From NCBI GenBank assembly GCA_965222225.1, contig CBDCTK010000002.1, forward strand, positions 4,102,296-4,166,295: a stretch of DNA of 64,000 nucleotides, read 5' to 3'. Below, one piece after another: positions 48,288 through 58,872 of this stretch. The DNA comes from Candidatus Poribacteria bacterium (GTDB taxonomy: Bacteria > Poribacteria > WGA-4E > JAJDTR01). The first letter of the stretch is position 1; each line of letters begins with the position of its first letter. Under the pieces are notes generated by a model that worked only from the letters and a program-made list of their open reading frames with translations, did no database searches and was not told the origin of the DNA. Made by a program: the position numbers and the translations under genes.

Positions 48288-49493
48288 ATGAAACTGATCG
48301 GTGGCGGAATTACGGCTGTTCCCGGTATTCGGGCATCGGGCGCGCACGGCGGCTTAAAGTCGGATAACCAGAGAGATGTCGCGTTGATTGTTGCGGATTC
48401 GCCGGCAGTGGCAGCAGGGGTATTTACGCGAAATCGTGTATGTGCCGCAACAGTTCTGCTTTCCCGTGAACACCTGAAAGATCCGGTCGCCCAAGCAATA
48501 GTCGTCAACAGTGGCAATGCAAACGCCTGCACCGGGGAACAAGGACTCGACAATGCTCGAAAAATGGCAGCCTTGGTTGGGGAGCAGCTTAACTTGGAGT
48601 CGAAAAACGTATTGGTTTCTTCAACGGGTGTGATTGGTGTACAATTGCCGATGGATGCAATCAGAAAGGGCATTGAGCGTGCTGCCGATACGTTGCGCGA
48701 AGATGGCGGATACGATGCGGCACAAGCCATTATGACCACTGACACCGTGCCGAAAGAGATTGCAGTGGAGATTGAGGTTGGCGGAGAAAAGGTCAAGATT
48801 GGGGGAATGACAAAAGGCTCGGGCATGATTGCGCCGAACATGGCGACGATGCTTGCGTTTCTGGCGGCGGATGTGAATATTGCAGCTGCGCCGTTACAGG
48901 AAGCTCTCCGGAAATCGGTCAATAAATCATTCAACCGGGTAACGGTTGACACAGACAGAAGTACCAACGACACAGTACAAATCTTGGCGACCGGATCGGC
49001 ACGCAATTCTGAAATCACCGAAGCATCAGGCGACGATTTTGATGCCTTCTACACAGCACTTGAGTTTGTCTGCATTGAGTTGGCGAAGAAGATAGCGCGG
49101 GACGGAGAAGGAGCCACAAAGATGATTGAAGTGGTTGTCAAGAATGCGAAGACCGAGGCAGAAGCCGAATTAGCAGCGCGAGCTACCGCCGAATCCCCGC
49201 TTGTAAAAACTGCCGTTTTCGGGAAGGATGCCAACTGGGGACGTATAATGATGGCGGTTGGAAAATCTGAAGCGCAGTTCGATCCTTACCAAGTGGATGT
49301 TTGGCTGGGTGATTACCAACTGGTGAAGGCAGGCATGGACTCGGGTTTTGATGAGGAGAAGGCTACACAGCTTTTCTCTGAGGACACGGTTGTAATCACT
49401 ATAGATCTTGCCGCAGGTGATGCAGAGGCGACGATGTGGACGTGCGACTATTCCTACGACTATATCAAGATAAACGCAGATTATCGGACATAA
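48288..49493 (+). CDS. argJ: bifunctional glutamate N-acetyltransferase / amino-acid N-acetyltransferase ArgJ
   Basis: autoproteolytic site PNMATMLAFLAAD and overall ornithine acetyltransferase family layout. Confidence 0.9.
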   Translation: MKLIGGGITAVPGIRASGAHGGLKSDNQRDVALIVADSPAVAAGVFTRNRVCAATVLLSREHLKDPVAQAIVVNSGNANACTGEQGLDNARKMAALVGEQLNLESKNVLVSSTGVIGVQLPMDAIRKGIERAADTLREDGGYDAAQAIMTTDTVPKEIAVEIEVGGEKVKIGGMTKGSGMIAPNMATMLAFLAADVNIAAAPLQEALRKSVNKSFNRVTVDTDRSTNDTVQILATGSARNSEITEASGDDFDAFYTALEFVCIELAKKIARDGEGATKMIEVVVKNAKTEAEAELAARATAESPLVKTAVFGKDANWGRIMMAVGKSEAQFDPYQVDVWLGDYQLVKAGMDSGFDEEKATQLFSEDTVVITIDLAAGDAEATMWTCDYSYDYIKINADYRT

Positions 49494-49546
49494 AGACGCT
49501 CAACTAGATTCAGAAATATGCCTCTGCCCGTCATTGCCGAATCCGT

Positions 49547-49586
49547 CGAGACCGAGGTTTTTGCGAATAACTCGGTCTCTCTTGCG
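49547..49586. terminator. possible bidirectional terminator hairpin between convergent argJ and isomerase genes
   Basis: GAGACCGAG ... CTCGGTCTC 9-bp stem with 14-nt loop containing GTTTTT; the loop is longer than ideal. Confidence 0.3.
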
Positions 49587-49612
49587 CAATTTCTTAACAC
49601 GAGCCCTTTAGG

Positions 49613-50611
49613 TTAGTCTTCAAATGGCGCATCAAACGCAATGTCTGACGGTTCAAAGTCATACGCTTTGACCGCGGCGCATGATTCGCGCGCGCCGTGC
49701 TCGCGGTCCATGCCACTATCCTCCCACTCAATCGATAAGGGGCCATCGTGCCCAATGCGGTTGAGCGCTCGGATAATCTCCTCAAAGTTGATATTCCCGC
49801 GGCCGATTGAACGGAAATCCCAGTATCGTTGACCATCTCCGAAATCGAGGTTTCCGCCGAAAACGCCGGAAAGACGCGGCGTGGATGACCACCAGACATC
49901 CTTCATGTGGACATGGTAGATTCGGCTGCCGAGACGCTCGATAAACGCGACGTAATCAACCCCCTGATATCCAAGGTGGCTAGGATCGTAGTTGAAACCG
50001 AAGGTTTCACGACCGTCAAGCGCTTCGATTGCCCGCTCGGCGGTCACAATATCGAAAGCAATCTCGGTCGGGTGAACCTCAAGCCCAAACTGGACACCCA
50101 CTTCATCGAATACGTCAAGGATCGGATTCCAGCGGTTGGCGAAGTCCTCATATCCCGCATCAATCTGGGCGGGATCGTTCGGCGGGAAGGAATAAAGCAG
50201 ATGCCAGATGCTGCTGCCTGTAAATCCGTTAACCACGCTTGCTCCCAGTTTTGCCGCCGCGCGTGCAGTTGCCTTCATTTCATCGGCGGCGCGTTGACGG
50301 ACGCCTTCCGGATCGCCATCGCCCCAGATATTTGGAGCAAGAATGGCTTGATGTCGGCCGTCAATATTGTCGCAGACCGCCTGACCGACAAGGTGATTAC
50401 TGATTGACCAGACTTTAAGTCCGTACTTCGCCAGAAGGTCGTGTTTTCCCTGACAGTAATCGGGATCTTCCAAAGCTTTGTCAACCTCGAAGTGATCGCC
50501 CCAGCAAGCTAGTTCCAAGCCGTCAAAACCCCAGTCGCTTGCTTTCTGCGCCAAATCTTCCAGTGTCAAATCCGCCCACTGGCCAGTGAACAGTGTAACA
50601 GGTCTCGCCAT
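49613..50611 (-). CDS. sugar phosphate isomerase/epimerase (xylose isomerase-like TIM barrel)
   Basis: [23 protein letters not shown] ... [10 protein letters not shown] pattern of the AP-endonuclease-2/xylose-isomerase-like TIM barrel family. Confidence 0.75.
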   Translation of the reverse strand: MARPVTLFTGQWADLTLEDLAQKASDWGFDGLELACWGDHFEVDKALEDPDYCQGKHDLLAKYGLKVWSISNHLVGQAVCDNIDGRHQAILAPNIWGDGDPEGVRQRAADEMKATARAAAKLGASVVNGFTGSSIWHLLYSFPPNDPAQIDAGYEDFANRWNPILDVFDEVGVQFGLEVHPTEIAFDIVTAERAIEALDGRETFGFNYDPSHLGYQGVDYVAFIERLGSRIYHVHMKDVWWSSTPRLSGVFGGNLDFGDGQRYWDFRSIGRGNINFEEIIRALNRIGHDGPLSIEWEDSGMDREHGARESCAAVKAYDFEPSDIAFDAPFED

Positions 50612-50741
50612 TTTGCTGCCTCCTTTGATTCTAATATTTTGATTCTAATATATGGTATTCTTTTTGGAAGGATCGCCTTCAGAAAATTGAACGGTCAACG
50701 CTATATTGAAAAGTTGGTTTCCAAAAACACCAAATGTCGGA

Positions 50742-51914
50742 TTACGAAGGTGGTGTATAGCAAGCGTCGATCCAGGCGCGTTTTGTACCGCTTTCGACCG
50801 CTTTATGTATGAAATGAACGCCGCGCGCCCCGTCCTGCACCGTCGGAAAGTCTGTATCGAATTCACCCGGCTGCTCGCCAGCAATTTTTGCCGCCATTGT
50901 GCGTGCTGCGTTGACGTAGATATTCGCGAAAGCCTCTATGAATCCTTCGGGGTGGCCAAACGGAATGCGGGAGTTGTGCTGCGCGATTTCGGCGACATAG
51001 CCGTTTCCTCGTTTGTAAACTTGCTCGGGGCCGTCCGGAAAACGAACGTAGAGGTAGTTCGGGTTCTCTTGATGCCAGTCTAACGAAGCGTCAGTACCGT
51101 AAACACGGATGCGAAGGTTGTTTTCCTCTCCCACCGACACTTGAGATGCGTAGAGGATTCCTCTCGCGCCGTGTTCGAAACCCACCAAGACGTTTCCGTC
51201 GTCTTCCAATTTGCGTCCCGGCACAAACGTCGTCAGATCGGCGCAAATTTCTTCTATCCCCAAGCCGGTGATGTAGTGAGCGAGGTTTTCCGCGTGCGAA
51301 CCAATGTCGCCGATACAAGAAGAAACACCTGTTTGATTGGGGTCTGTGCGCCAGACAGCCTGTTTGGTACCTTCCGCTTCCAAGAGAGTTGACAGCCAGC
51401 CCTGCGGGTATTCGACCACAATTTTTCGAACCGTTCCAAGCTGTCCGCCTCGAACCAACTCGCGTGCCTGCTTGACCATCGGATAGCCGGTATAATTATG
51501 GGTAAGTGCGAAGACGGCATCGTGTTGCGTCACTAGCCGACATAATTCCTCCGCGTCCTCTACCGTCGTTGTCATTGGTTTGTCGCAAACGACGTGGAAT
51601 CCCGCTTCGAGAAAAGTCTTCGCCGCATCAAAATGAATATTATTTGGTGTAACAATAGATACAAAATCGATTCGATCTCCTTCAGGTAGTTGGCTCTCCT
51701 TCTCTGCCATCTCCTTATACGAGCCGTACACTCGACTGGCGTCAAGTAGAAGCTCTTCGCCCTGTTGACGCGATTTGTCGGCGGATGAGGAGAACGCACC
51801 CGCGACTAGCTCAATTTCGCCGTCAAGTGCCGCCGCCTGCCGATGGACGGCACCAATAAACGCGTCCGGACCACCTCCTACCATCCCGTAACGTATTTTT
51901 CTTCCGAGTGGCAT
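50742..51914 (-). CDS. Gfo/Idh/MocA-family oxidoreductase
   Basis: [18 protein letters not shown] Rossmann start and conserved C-terminal alpha/beta domain. Confidence 0.8.
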   Translation of the reverse strand: MPLGRKIRYGMVGGGPDAFIGAVHRQAAALDGEIELVAGAFSSSADKSRQQGEELLLDASRVYGSYKEMAEKESQLPEGDRIDFVSIVTPNNIHFDAAKTFLEAGFHVVCDKPMTTTVEDAEELCRLVTQHDAVFALTHNYTGYPMVKQARELVRGGQLGTVRKIVVEYPQGWLSTLLEAEGTKQAVWRTDPNQTGVSSCIGDIGSHAENLAHYITGLGIEEICADLTTFVPGRKLEDDGNVLVGFEHGARGILYASQVSVGEENNLRIRVYGTDASLDWHQENPNYLYVRFPDGPEQVYKRGNGYVAEIAQHNSRIPFGHPEGFIEAFANIYVNAARTMAAKIAGEQPGEFDTDFPTVQDGARGVHFIHKAVESGTKRAWIDACYTPPS

Positions 51915-52137
51915 ATTGGTATCTCCTTTGATGTTATGTATGCCAACAATCGTGTTGACCGAATCATTTTGAGACTGCTTTCGTAAGTCCTATCTATCTA
52001 GCAAATTACTGCATCCAAAATATCGATCCAATATAGCACGGTGGTGGGTTGCTGTCAATCACATAAAAAACGTAAATCGGAGCAATTGTCTCTATTCATG
52101 TGTGGAAATCCGTTATCTTGCACTCCTAATTCTCCGT

Positions 52138-53620
52138 AGGGGATCAAGTGAGTGAATAGCGAATGATCAACTGAGCGAACAGCGAAGGCGATAGAGTTCC
52201 CATAGAGATCCCTCCTCGCCCGCTCCCTTTCGGCAGAAATCCCTATATCCAACCACGCCCAGTCCATTGCGAACCACAATCCTGCGAGGCTATATGTAGG
52301 GTGCGCACCGCGCACCAGCCTTTTCGTCGTACTCGCGCGATAGAGTTCCTACCAGCCTTCCTATGCACCCGTAGGAGCGGCCTCGCGGTCTCGCTTGCGC
52401 AAGCCGGAGCGTCTGTCGTGAATATGCAGGTTGCGGGGCGGTGGAAATCCCCTCGGATGCCGGCGCATTATGCCCGCGCCGAGTTGGCAGAGCAAGGAGC
52501 AATTGCACGCTTCAAATACGGGAAAGACGGTGGGGGGTAGCGAACCGGGAAGGATAGTTGAGGGAAAGTACATATGTAGGGTGGGCACTGCCCACCATTT
52601 TTCTTAGGTGCGATTAACCGCCTGTTTAAGCCCGTGGGTTGGGATGAACGAAACCGAGAATTCCGGTGTCGACACACCAAACTTCCTCAAACTGGCTGAC
52701 CCGTCGGATAGCATCAAGGAAAGAGTGAAACCCAACTTCACCCCCTACGTCATCGGACACCTCCCCGGCAAACGTTGGGTTTCACTAGGATCACCGAGAA
52801 TTTATTCCGAATAGCGTCCCACAATCGTCGTGTCATGCTTGGTGTTTTTGCTTGTTACCGTTCAACCCAACCTACGCGCTTCCCACCATCTCTTATGGGG
52901 TACGATAGCCGATCCCGATAGAAATCCCTCAAGCAAACCAGATCGTGGGGGCGAGGTCTCCTCGCCCATTCTGTTGCGCACCCTAATCCCGTGCGGTAGA
53001 GCGTCCATTCCGCCAACCCCACACCTCCGCCACACCAATAAACGGCACATGCTCCTCCCACCGCCGACTCAACCCGCCGTTCCTAATCCACGTAATCCAA
53101 TAATCCATCAAGCGAGTGAATAGATCGTGTGACCGAAAAGGATCAAGGGCGCGAATAGCGACCGCGATAGAGATCCGCCATGTCTGTCGCAAACCGATAG
53201 CCCCGTCTTGCACTCCAGCTGAGAACAAGCGACTGAATGAGGAGTGATCGAACCAATGGACACTGAATACGATAGGGAATCCTGATAGTATTTCCCACTG
53301 CGATGGAGTTCTTAAAATGAAGTTAAACGTCGCGCCTTGCACTCCAGCGGAGTGCGATGTCGATAGAACTGCAATGCGTACAATCTTCGCGCTCCAAAGG
53401 AGCGCAATGTCGGTAGGATGGCGATTCGATAAGGATCAAACGAGTGAACAGTGGTCTCCGTAGGGGCGCGATCAACTGACTAGATAAGGAAGGATCAAGT
53501 AAGTGAATAACGATCAACCGACTGATTAGGGAGGACGATAGTAGATTCTGCGCGATAGAATTCCTATAGAGATCCCCCCGCGCCCAATCCCGCGCGATAG
53601 ATTTCTCATAGCAATCACGA
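52138..53620. repeat. 1.5-kb gene-poor tract densely packed with the modular dispersed repeat (at least six copies in both orientations)
   Basis: e.g. 52138-52212 GGGGATCAAGTGAGTGAATAGCGAATGATCAACTGAGCGAACAGCGAAGGCGATAGAGTTCCCATAGAGATCCC; 53107-53180; 53222-53290; 53410-53620; only short overlapping ORFs. Confidence 0.6.
52301..52540 (+). pseudogene. C-terminal fragment of a tyrosine recombinase (integrase) gene
   Basis: SGLAVSLAQAGASVVNMQVAGRWKSPRMPAHYARAE...ARFKYGKDG parallels the C-terminus of the intact integrase at 58873..59784 (GHSLRIGSAVSLAEAGASVKEVQRAGRWQEPTMPARYVREA...ARYKAGK). Confidence 0.55.
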
Positions 53621-53907
53621 CCGGGTTTCCATGACGGCCTGACTTCCAACAGCAAATCGAATCTTCCTCTTTATAGCCAAACGCCCTGCAGTAGTTCTAT
53701 TTGCTTGTTCGCTTTCCTCGGTGCTATACTTGCCACGCTATTCTACTTCGGTACAATAGCTGTTGTCAAATAAGCGATAGAGCAATTTAGCGCCATCGTC
53801 GGTTTCACGAGGCGCGCTGCTGACAGAAATCGAACCCAATGTGTCTTATCATACGTTCTATCGACTAATCGACTCCCGCGGCAAAACCAATCCGTGAAGG
53901 AAAAAAC

Positions 53908-54993
53908 TTGAGAATTGAAAACGTCGACTTTCCCAAACCGTTGATAGAAGCCTTGCATGACAACGAACTCGTAGTGTTCGCTGGGGCTGGCGTTTCAATC
54001 GGTAAACCTGCCCGTCTGCCCAGTTTCAGATCGTTGACCAATATTATCGCCGAAGGTACCGGGAAAACGGCGCGCGATGGCGAGACGCCTGAGCAATTCC
54101 TCGGAAGATTAAAAGACCAAGGCGTAAAAGTGCATGTGCGCGCTGCGCGACCGCTTTCTCAAGAAGGTTTGCAGGCTACGGCCCTTCATCAAGATCTTCT
54201 TAGACTCTATCCTAAAACAGCGCCCGTTCGCCTCGTCACCACTAATTTCGATCCCCTGTTTGAGCAGGCAGCCTTTGAGCAGGCAGCCGAGGAAATATTC
54301 GACAGTTCGCCAGAAGTATTCCGGGCACCCGCGCTGCCTTTGGGACGTGAGTTCGACGGCATTGTTCATGTTCACGGTTCAGTCCGTCGCCCTAACGAGA
54401 TGTTACTTACGGATAGAGATTTTGCTCGCGCTTATCTGACCGATGGCTGGGCTCGACGCTTTCTCGTCGAACTTTTCAGTAATTTCCGAATCCTCTTTGT
54501 TGGCTACAGTCATGACGACACGATTATGAATTATCTGGCCCGCGCGCTTCCTGCCGGTTCGGAATACCAACGTTTCATTTTGACCGGTTCCGAAGACAAG
54601 AAACCCTCTGATGATTGGCGTTCACTAGGGATTGAACCGATAGTCTACCCTCAGGCTAACGAAAATGACTATAGTGAACTCGACACAAGCATTCATGGCC
54701 TCGCCGAACTTGTACAGCGACGCGTTGTTGTTTGGAATGATGAAATAACCAATATAGCGCAAGTTCCGCCTCCCACTGACGAGAATAAGGCAGATCTCAT
54801 TGAGTACGCGCTAAGCGATGAAGTAAACACAAGGTTCTTTGCAAAAGCGGCTTCAGATCCTGATTGGATTGACTGGCTCGACGAGCGTGGACATTTGACC
54901 GCGCTATTCCGCGACGATATACTCACCGCGCAAGCCAAAACCTTGTCTTGGTGGTTGGCAGATCGATTTCTTTTCGGAATTAGTAGCTTGTAG
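53908..54993 (+). CDS. SIR2-like (DHS-like NAD-binding, SIR2_2 type) domain protein; candidate NADase defence effector, probably the 5' part of an IS-disrupted longer gene
   Basis: LVVFAGAGVSIGKPARLPSF (GAGxS), VTTNFDPLFE (TTNYD) and VHVHGSV (catalytic His) are the three SIR2_2 hallmarks; ORF ends abruptly 20 bp before an IS1595 element. Confidence 0.75.
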   Translation: MRIENVDFPKPLIEALHDNELVVFAGAGVSIGKPARLPSFRSLTNIIAEGTGKTARDGETPEQFLGRLKDQGVKVHVRAARPLSQEGLQATALHQDLLRLYPKTAPVRLVTTNFDPLFEQAAFEQAAEEIFDSSPEVFRAPALPLGREFDGIVHVHGSVRRPNEMLLTDRDFARAYLTDGWARRFLVELFSNFRILFVGYSHDDTIMNYLARALPAGSEYQRFILTGSEDKKPSDDWRSLGIEPIVYPQANENDYSELDTSIHGLAELVQRRVVVWNDEITNIAQVPPPTDENKADLIEYALSDEVNTRFFAKAASDPDWIDWLDERGHLTALFRDDILTAQAKTLSWWLADRFLFGISSL

Positions 54994-54999
54994 CTTTTA

Positions 55000-56215
55000 G
55001 ACTGACGACAAACATAAAACTTGGTACCCTGTCGTAAATCTTTTCGTCACACGTAGATGTCCATAGTGACTATTCTTCTCGTAGGAGTTTGCTATGGACA
55101 TTTTGAATCTTATGAAAGAGTTTCCAAATCAAGAATCTTGTCTCAGATTTATAGAGGAAAAACGTTGGAAGGACGGTGTTTGCTGTATCCACTGTGGCAG
55201 TGAAAAAGTTGGACGCAAGAACAAAAACGACATTACTACTGGTTGGAATTGCTACGATTGTGAATCTAGCTTTTCGGCTACAGCAGGAACCATCTTCCAT
55301 GGTACCAAGATACCTCTCCAGAAATGGTTTTTGGCTATCTCAATTCTTTCCAATGCCAAGAAAAGCATATCGAGTTGTCAGCTTGCTCGTGACTTGGACA
55401 TGAATCAAAAGTCCGCTTGGTATATGGCAATGCGCCTCCGTGAGAAAATGAGTGATAGTGATGAATTGCTGAAAGGGATAGTTGAAGCGGACGAAACCTA
55501 TGTCGGCGGCAAACCCAGAGCAAAATCTAAGAGAGGTAGAGGCACAAATAAATCTCCCGTCATCGGCGTAGTCGAGAGAGGCGGTCGGGTGGTTGCTAAA
55601 TTCATGAAGGTTCTATCTGGTGAAAATATCAGAGAATTCATCCTTAGCAATGTCTCACCCGATGAGTCTATTCTTATGACTGATGAATTTCGCTCTTACA
55701 ATAGTCTGGACGAAGATATCGAAAGACATGTTATCCATCACCAAGAGAGATATGTTTCTGAGGACGGCGTAACTCACACCAACACCATCGAGTCGTTTTG
55801 GGCTTGTGTCAAGAGGTCATTCTACGGAACGCATCATCACTACAGCAAGAAGTGGCTGCCACTGTATATCATGGAGTCTTGCTGGAAATATAATCGCAGA
55901 AAAGATGATGAGATTTTCATAAGATTTTTTGATGAATGCTTCACCTGAGCCACATGAATTGTTTGGCTATCGGTATATTCTGTCAACGACAACATCATGG
56001 TGTGCTGAAAATCCCATAGTGTTGGAAATTAAAATCCCGCAGATAACCCGCAATGCTCCCGCGAGCATGTACAAACGCTTGGTCAACATGATATGCCTCC
56101 ATTTCTCTCTTATAGAGATGTATTTTAGTGTGAATCAAGATTCCGAACACTGTCTAAAATGATTGTACATTAAGAAGAGAAAAGCAAGCAAATCGACCAA
56201 AAAGCAGTTAACTAC
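55000..56215 (+). mobile_element. IS1595-family insertion sequence (boundaries approximate)
   Basis: single transposase gene with N-terminal CxxC zinc ribbon and E-x-DETYVGG motif; I could not define the terminal inverted repeats by eye. Confidence 0.55.
55094..55948 (+). CDS. IS1595-family transposase
   Basis: CIHCGSEKVGRK...CYDCESSF zinc ribbon; EADETYVGGKPRAKSKRGRG; DDE-type C-terminal region. Confidence 0.8.
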   Translation: MDILNLMKEFPNQESCLRFIEEKRWKDGVCCIHCGSEKVGRKNKNDITTGWNCYDCESSFSATAGTIFHGTKIPLQKWFLAISILSNAKKSISSCQLARDLDMNQKSAWYMAMRLREKMSDSDELLKGIVEADETYVGGKPRAKSKRGRGTNKSPVIGVVERGGRVVAKFMKVLSGENIREFILSNVSPDESILMTDEFRSYNSLDEDIERHVIHHQERYVSEDGVTHTNTIESFWACVKRSFYGTHHHYSKKWLPLYIMESCWKYNRRKDDEIFIRFFDECFT

Positions 56216-56274
56216 TAAGTCCCTTTCTTTTCAACCATGCAAACAGACTTTTCCTGCTCATTGGTAAGCATAAT

Positions 56275-58626
56275 ATGCGCTTGCATCCGCAGCTCTGGCG
56301 CGATATGGGTTGGAAACTTGCGAGGAATGGTGAAGTTTTTTCTGATAAAGACACGCTTCGCCGCTGGTTTTCACTGTTGCTTACCTCTCTTCGAGAGAAA
56401 ATAAGCATGAACGATCTGATGCATGTCGACACGGACTATCTCCTGCCTCAGATGGGTGAACTTTGCATAGCAAACGAAATGCTGGATGATTTATTGCAGA
56501 TATTCGATTGGATGATGGAAAGTCGCATTCGGATTAACAAAGGATACTCGTGGCCTTCTGCCGACGATGACAGGGAAATACCCTCTGTTGATGCTGAATT
56601 AATTCCAATTAGCGAACAACACGAATTGAATGAACTGTGGGAAGTGGGACTGAAGCCTAAGCTACCTCAAGTAGCCAAGCCGTTACTCGATCGGGTAATC
56701 AGGCGGCTAGAAGGACAATATCTCACACTGTGTACTTGGGGAAAGGTGCACGGCACATGGGATCCAATGAGCGAGGGACGTTCTGCCATTGAGCCTGAAG
56801 AAGGGGATGGTAATACCGAATCGATTGATGTGATGATCAATGCGGCCCGCGATTGCCTCTTATGGCTGGCTTCCAATCAGGTAGAAACAGCGACACAATG
56901 GTGTAATCGGCATGTGCGTTCGGGAGTAACTCTGCTACGCAGACTTGCGGTACATGGGGTGTACAAACGCGAAGATTTAACAGCAGACGACAAAATTGAT
57001 TGGTTACAAACACACATAAATCAGATTGGGTTGTCGGTTGGCGCCGAAGTGTTCCCGTTACTACAGCAAGCCTATCCCGAAGCCTGCCCGGCACATCGAA
57101 GCTCGCTTATTGAAGCCATGTGGACTTACCGTTGGCCTAAGGAAACAGCTTCGGACGGAGATAAGCATGCGGCAAGGCAACAATTCGACTGGTTTAATTG
57201 CATCCATCGATGTGTTCCTGACTGCCTCTTGGCTAAAGCAGCGTTGGATAAAGTGTTGGCGCGGTACCCAGAATTCAAGTCGATGGTACCTCAACCTCCG
57301 ACACAAGGAGGCATATCAGGTCCAATCGCGCCGCAAAGTGCTCCGCCCCCTGAAGAACTACCGCCAACACCTTCCGCCGATCAACTACACGAGTTACTGT
57401 CAAATCAAACTGCAGCGTGGGATGAAGCTAAACATAGTCAAGTATTCCAGAGGCTTGTCAGAATTGAGTTGTATCCAAAATATAGTCACGCGATTGCCAA
57501 TGCGCTCTATGCACTGGTAGAGAACGGTGGTCCCTCCTATGCCTTAAAACTACTCCCGCAAGCCCAGCGAATCGCTTCGGCACTGTGGCCCCATCTTGAC
57601 CGGACCGCGCCAATCGATGCAAGAGGAGACTGGCTATTCGCCGCCATGAATCACCCGGCAGGGCTCCTGGCTTACTTCTGGATATCTGCACTCTCACTCT
57701 GGCGCGAGCACCACGATCCTAAACCTACAATTCTCAACGATGACTATCGTAGGGCGCTGTCCGACATTGTGGTGGACCGGTCGCCGGCAGGTACGCTCGG
57801 GCGGACGGTTCTCGCCAGCAAATTGCATATTCTCTTGGACGCTGACCAGGTATGGACACGTGAATATCTTCTTCCGCTTTTTGACCCGTGCAGCGATGAC
57901 TTCCAAAGTGCGTGGGACGGTTTCGTAAAATGGGGAAAGCTCAATCCTTCGGTCGCTAAAGCCATGACTGATCTATTCCTCAAGGCAGTTACGCGGATCG
58001 GCACCGACCTCTTCAACCAACGTGATTCATTCGTAAAACACTACATCGCTATGCTCATAGATTCCATTTATATCGCCGAAGACCCTCTCAGCGAATGGAT
58101 TCCTAAGATATTCAATCACGGCAGCCAAGATAGTCCTTCTGCCGATAGCGAACCTACGCTTTTTCCCCGCGCCAATCGATCTATTGCGGAGATCTTTGCA
58201 TCAGTTATGAGTAGCCGCTTACGGAATATGCCTGAAACCGAGCAGCGGGAGTTGTGGGAGCACTGGCTCAAGGATTACTGGCAGAATCGCCTGGAAGGTG
58301 TGCCCTCCCCACTTATGTCTAGCGAAGCTAAACTCATGCTCGATTGGCTGACGGCTTTGACTGCGGTATTTCCCGATGCCGTCGCGCTTGCTGTCCAGAT
58401 GCCATCGACTTCGTTGGAGCGTACGAGGATTCTATCTTCTCTGGTGAAAAATAGTACATGGTTGAGCCATCCCGATGCGGTCGCGAAGTTATTGATTTAT
58501 CTGTGGCAATGCGGTATACCGGCACACTATTGGCACTTAGTGCAGAAGATCGTTGCCCCCCTCGTCGAGTCGAAAATCCCGGCAGAACTTCAGCAGAAAC
58601 TGGAGGACATCAGAATCCAACTCTAG
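56275..58626 (+). CDS. large all-alpha-helical protein (783 aa), possibly the displaced C-terminal sensor part of the SIR2 gene
   Basis: reading frame is open upstream of the annotated Met back to 56217 with no RBS; highly helical, Leu/Ala/Trp-rich repeats. Confidence 0.5.
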   Translation: MRLHPQLWRDMGWKLARNGEVFSDKDTLRRWFSLLLTSLREKISMNDLMHVDTDYLLPQMGELCIANEMLDDLLQIFDWMMESRIRINKGYSWPSADDDREIPSVDAELIPISEQHELNELWEVGLKPKLPQVAKPLLDRVIRRLEGQYLTLCTWGKVHGTWDPMSEGRSAIEPEEGDGNTESIDVMINAARDCLLWLASNQVETATQWCNRHVRSGVTLLRRLAVHGVYKREDLTADDKIDWLQTHINQIGLSVGAEVFPLLQQAYPEACPAHRSSLIEAMWTYRWPKETASDGDKHAARQQFDWFNCIHRCVPDCLLAKAALDKVLARYPEFKSMVPQPPTQGGISGPIAPQSAPPPEELPPTPSADQLHELLSNQTAAWDEAKHSQVFQRLVRIELYPKYSHAIANALYALVENGGPSYALKLLPQAQRIASALWPHLDRTAPIDARGDWLFAAMNHPAGLLAYFWISALSLWREHHDPKPTILNDDYRRALSDIVVDRSPAGTLGRTVLASKLHILLDADQVWTREYLLPLFDPCSDDFQSAWDGFVKWGKLNPSVAKAMTDLFLKAVTRIGTDLFNQRDSFVKHYIAMLIDSIYIAEDPLSEWIPKIFNHGSQDSPSADSEPTLFPRANRSIAEIFASVMSSRLRNMPETEQRELWEHWLKDYWQNRLEGVPSPLMSSEAKLMLDWLTALTAVFPDAVALAVQMPSTSLERTRILSSLVKNSTWLSHPDAVAKLLIYLWQCGIPAHYWHLVQKIVAPLVESKIPAELQQKLEDIRIQL

Positions 58627-58680
58627 CAATCAATGTGACCAGTTTCAATCTGATGAATCAGATTGATGACTATTATTGTA

Positions 58681-58810
58681 GGGTGGAATCTGCGATCAAG
58701 CGACTGAATAAGGAGCGATCAAAGGAATGGATTATGACTGCGATAGGAATCTCTATAGAAAATCCCACGCGATAGAGCTCCCATAGCAAATCGCGTACGA
58801 TAGAAAGTCC
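58681..58810 (+). repeat. modular dispersed repeat, multi-word copy
   Basis: GGGTGGAATCTGCGATCAAGCGACTGAATAAGGAGCGATCAAAGGAATGG...GCGATAGAGCTCCCATAGCAAATCGCGTACGATAGAAAGTCC. Confidence 0.6.
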
Positions 58811-58872
58811 TTTGGCGCCAGTAGGGCGTGATTCGATACTGTTCAAATTCGTCGTATTCCGCTCTCGCCTTC

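Noticed and set aside
48203-49018. 271-aa ORF on the minus strand
   Set aside because: Lies entirely antisense within argJ, Ala/Ser/Thr-rich low-complexity translation typical of the antisense frame of a GC-rich gene
52983-53655. Several 100-120 aa ORFs in the 52-53.7 kb tract
   Set aside because: They are read-throughs of the modular repeat copies (repetitive peptide words such as RDRSESS/IAIR), mutually overlapping, with no starts or RBS; the tract is better explained as non-coding repeat DNA
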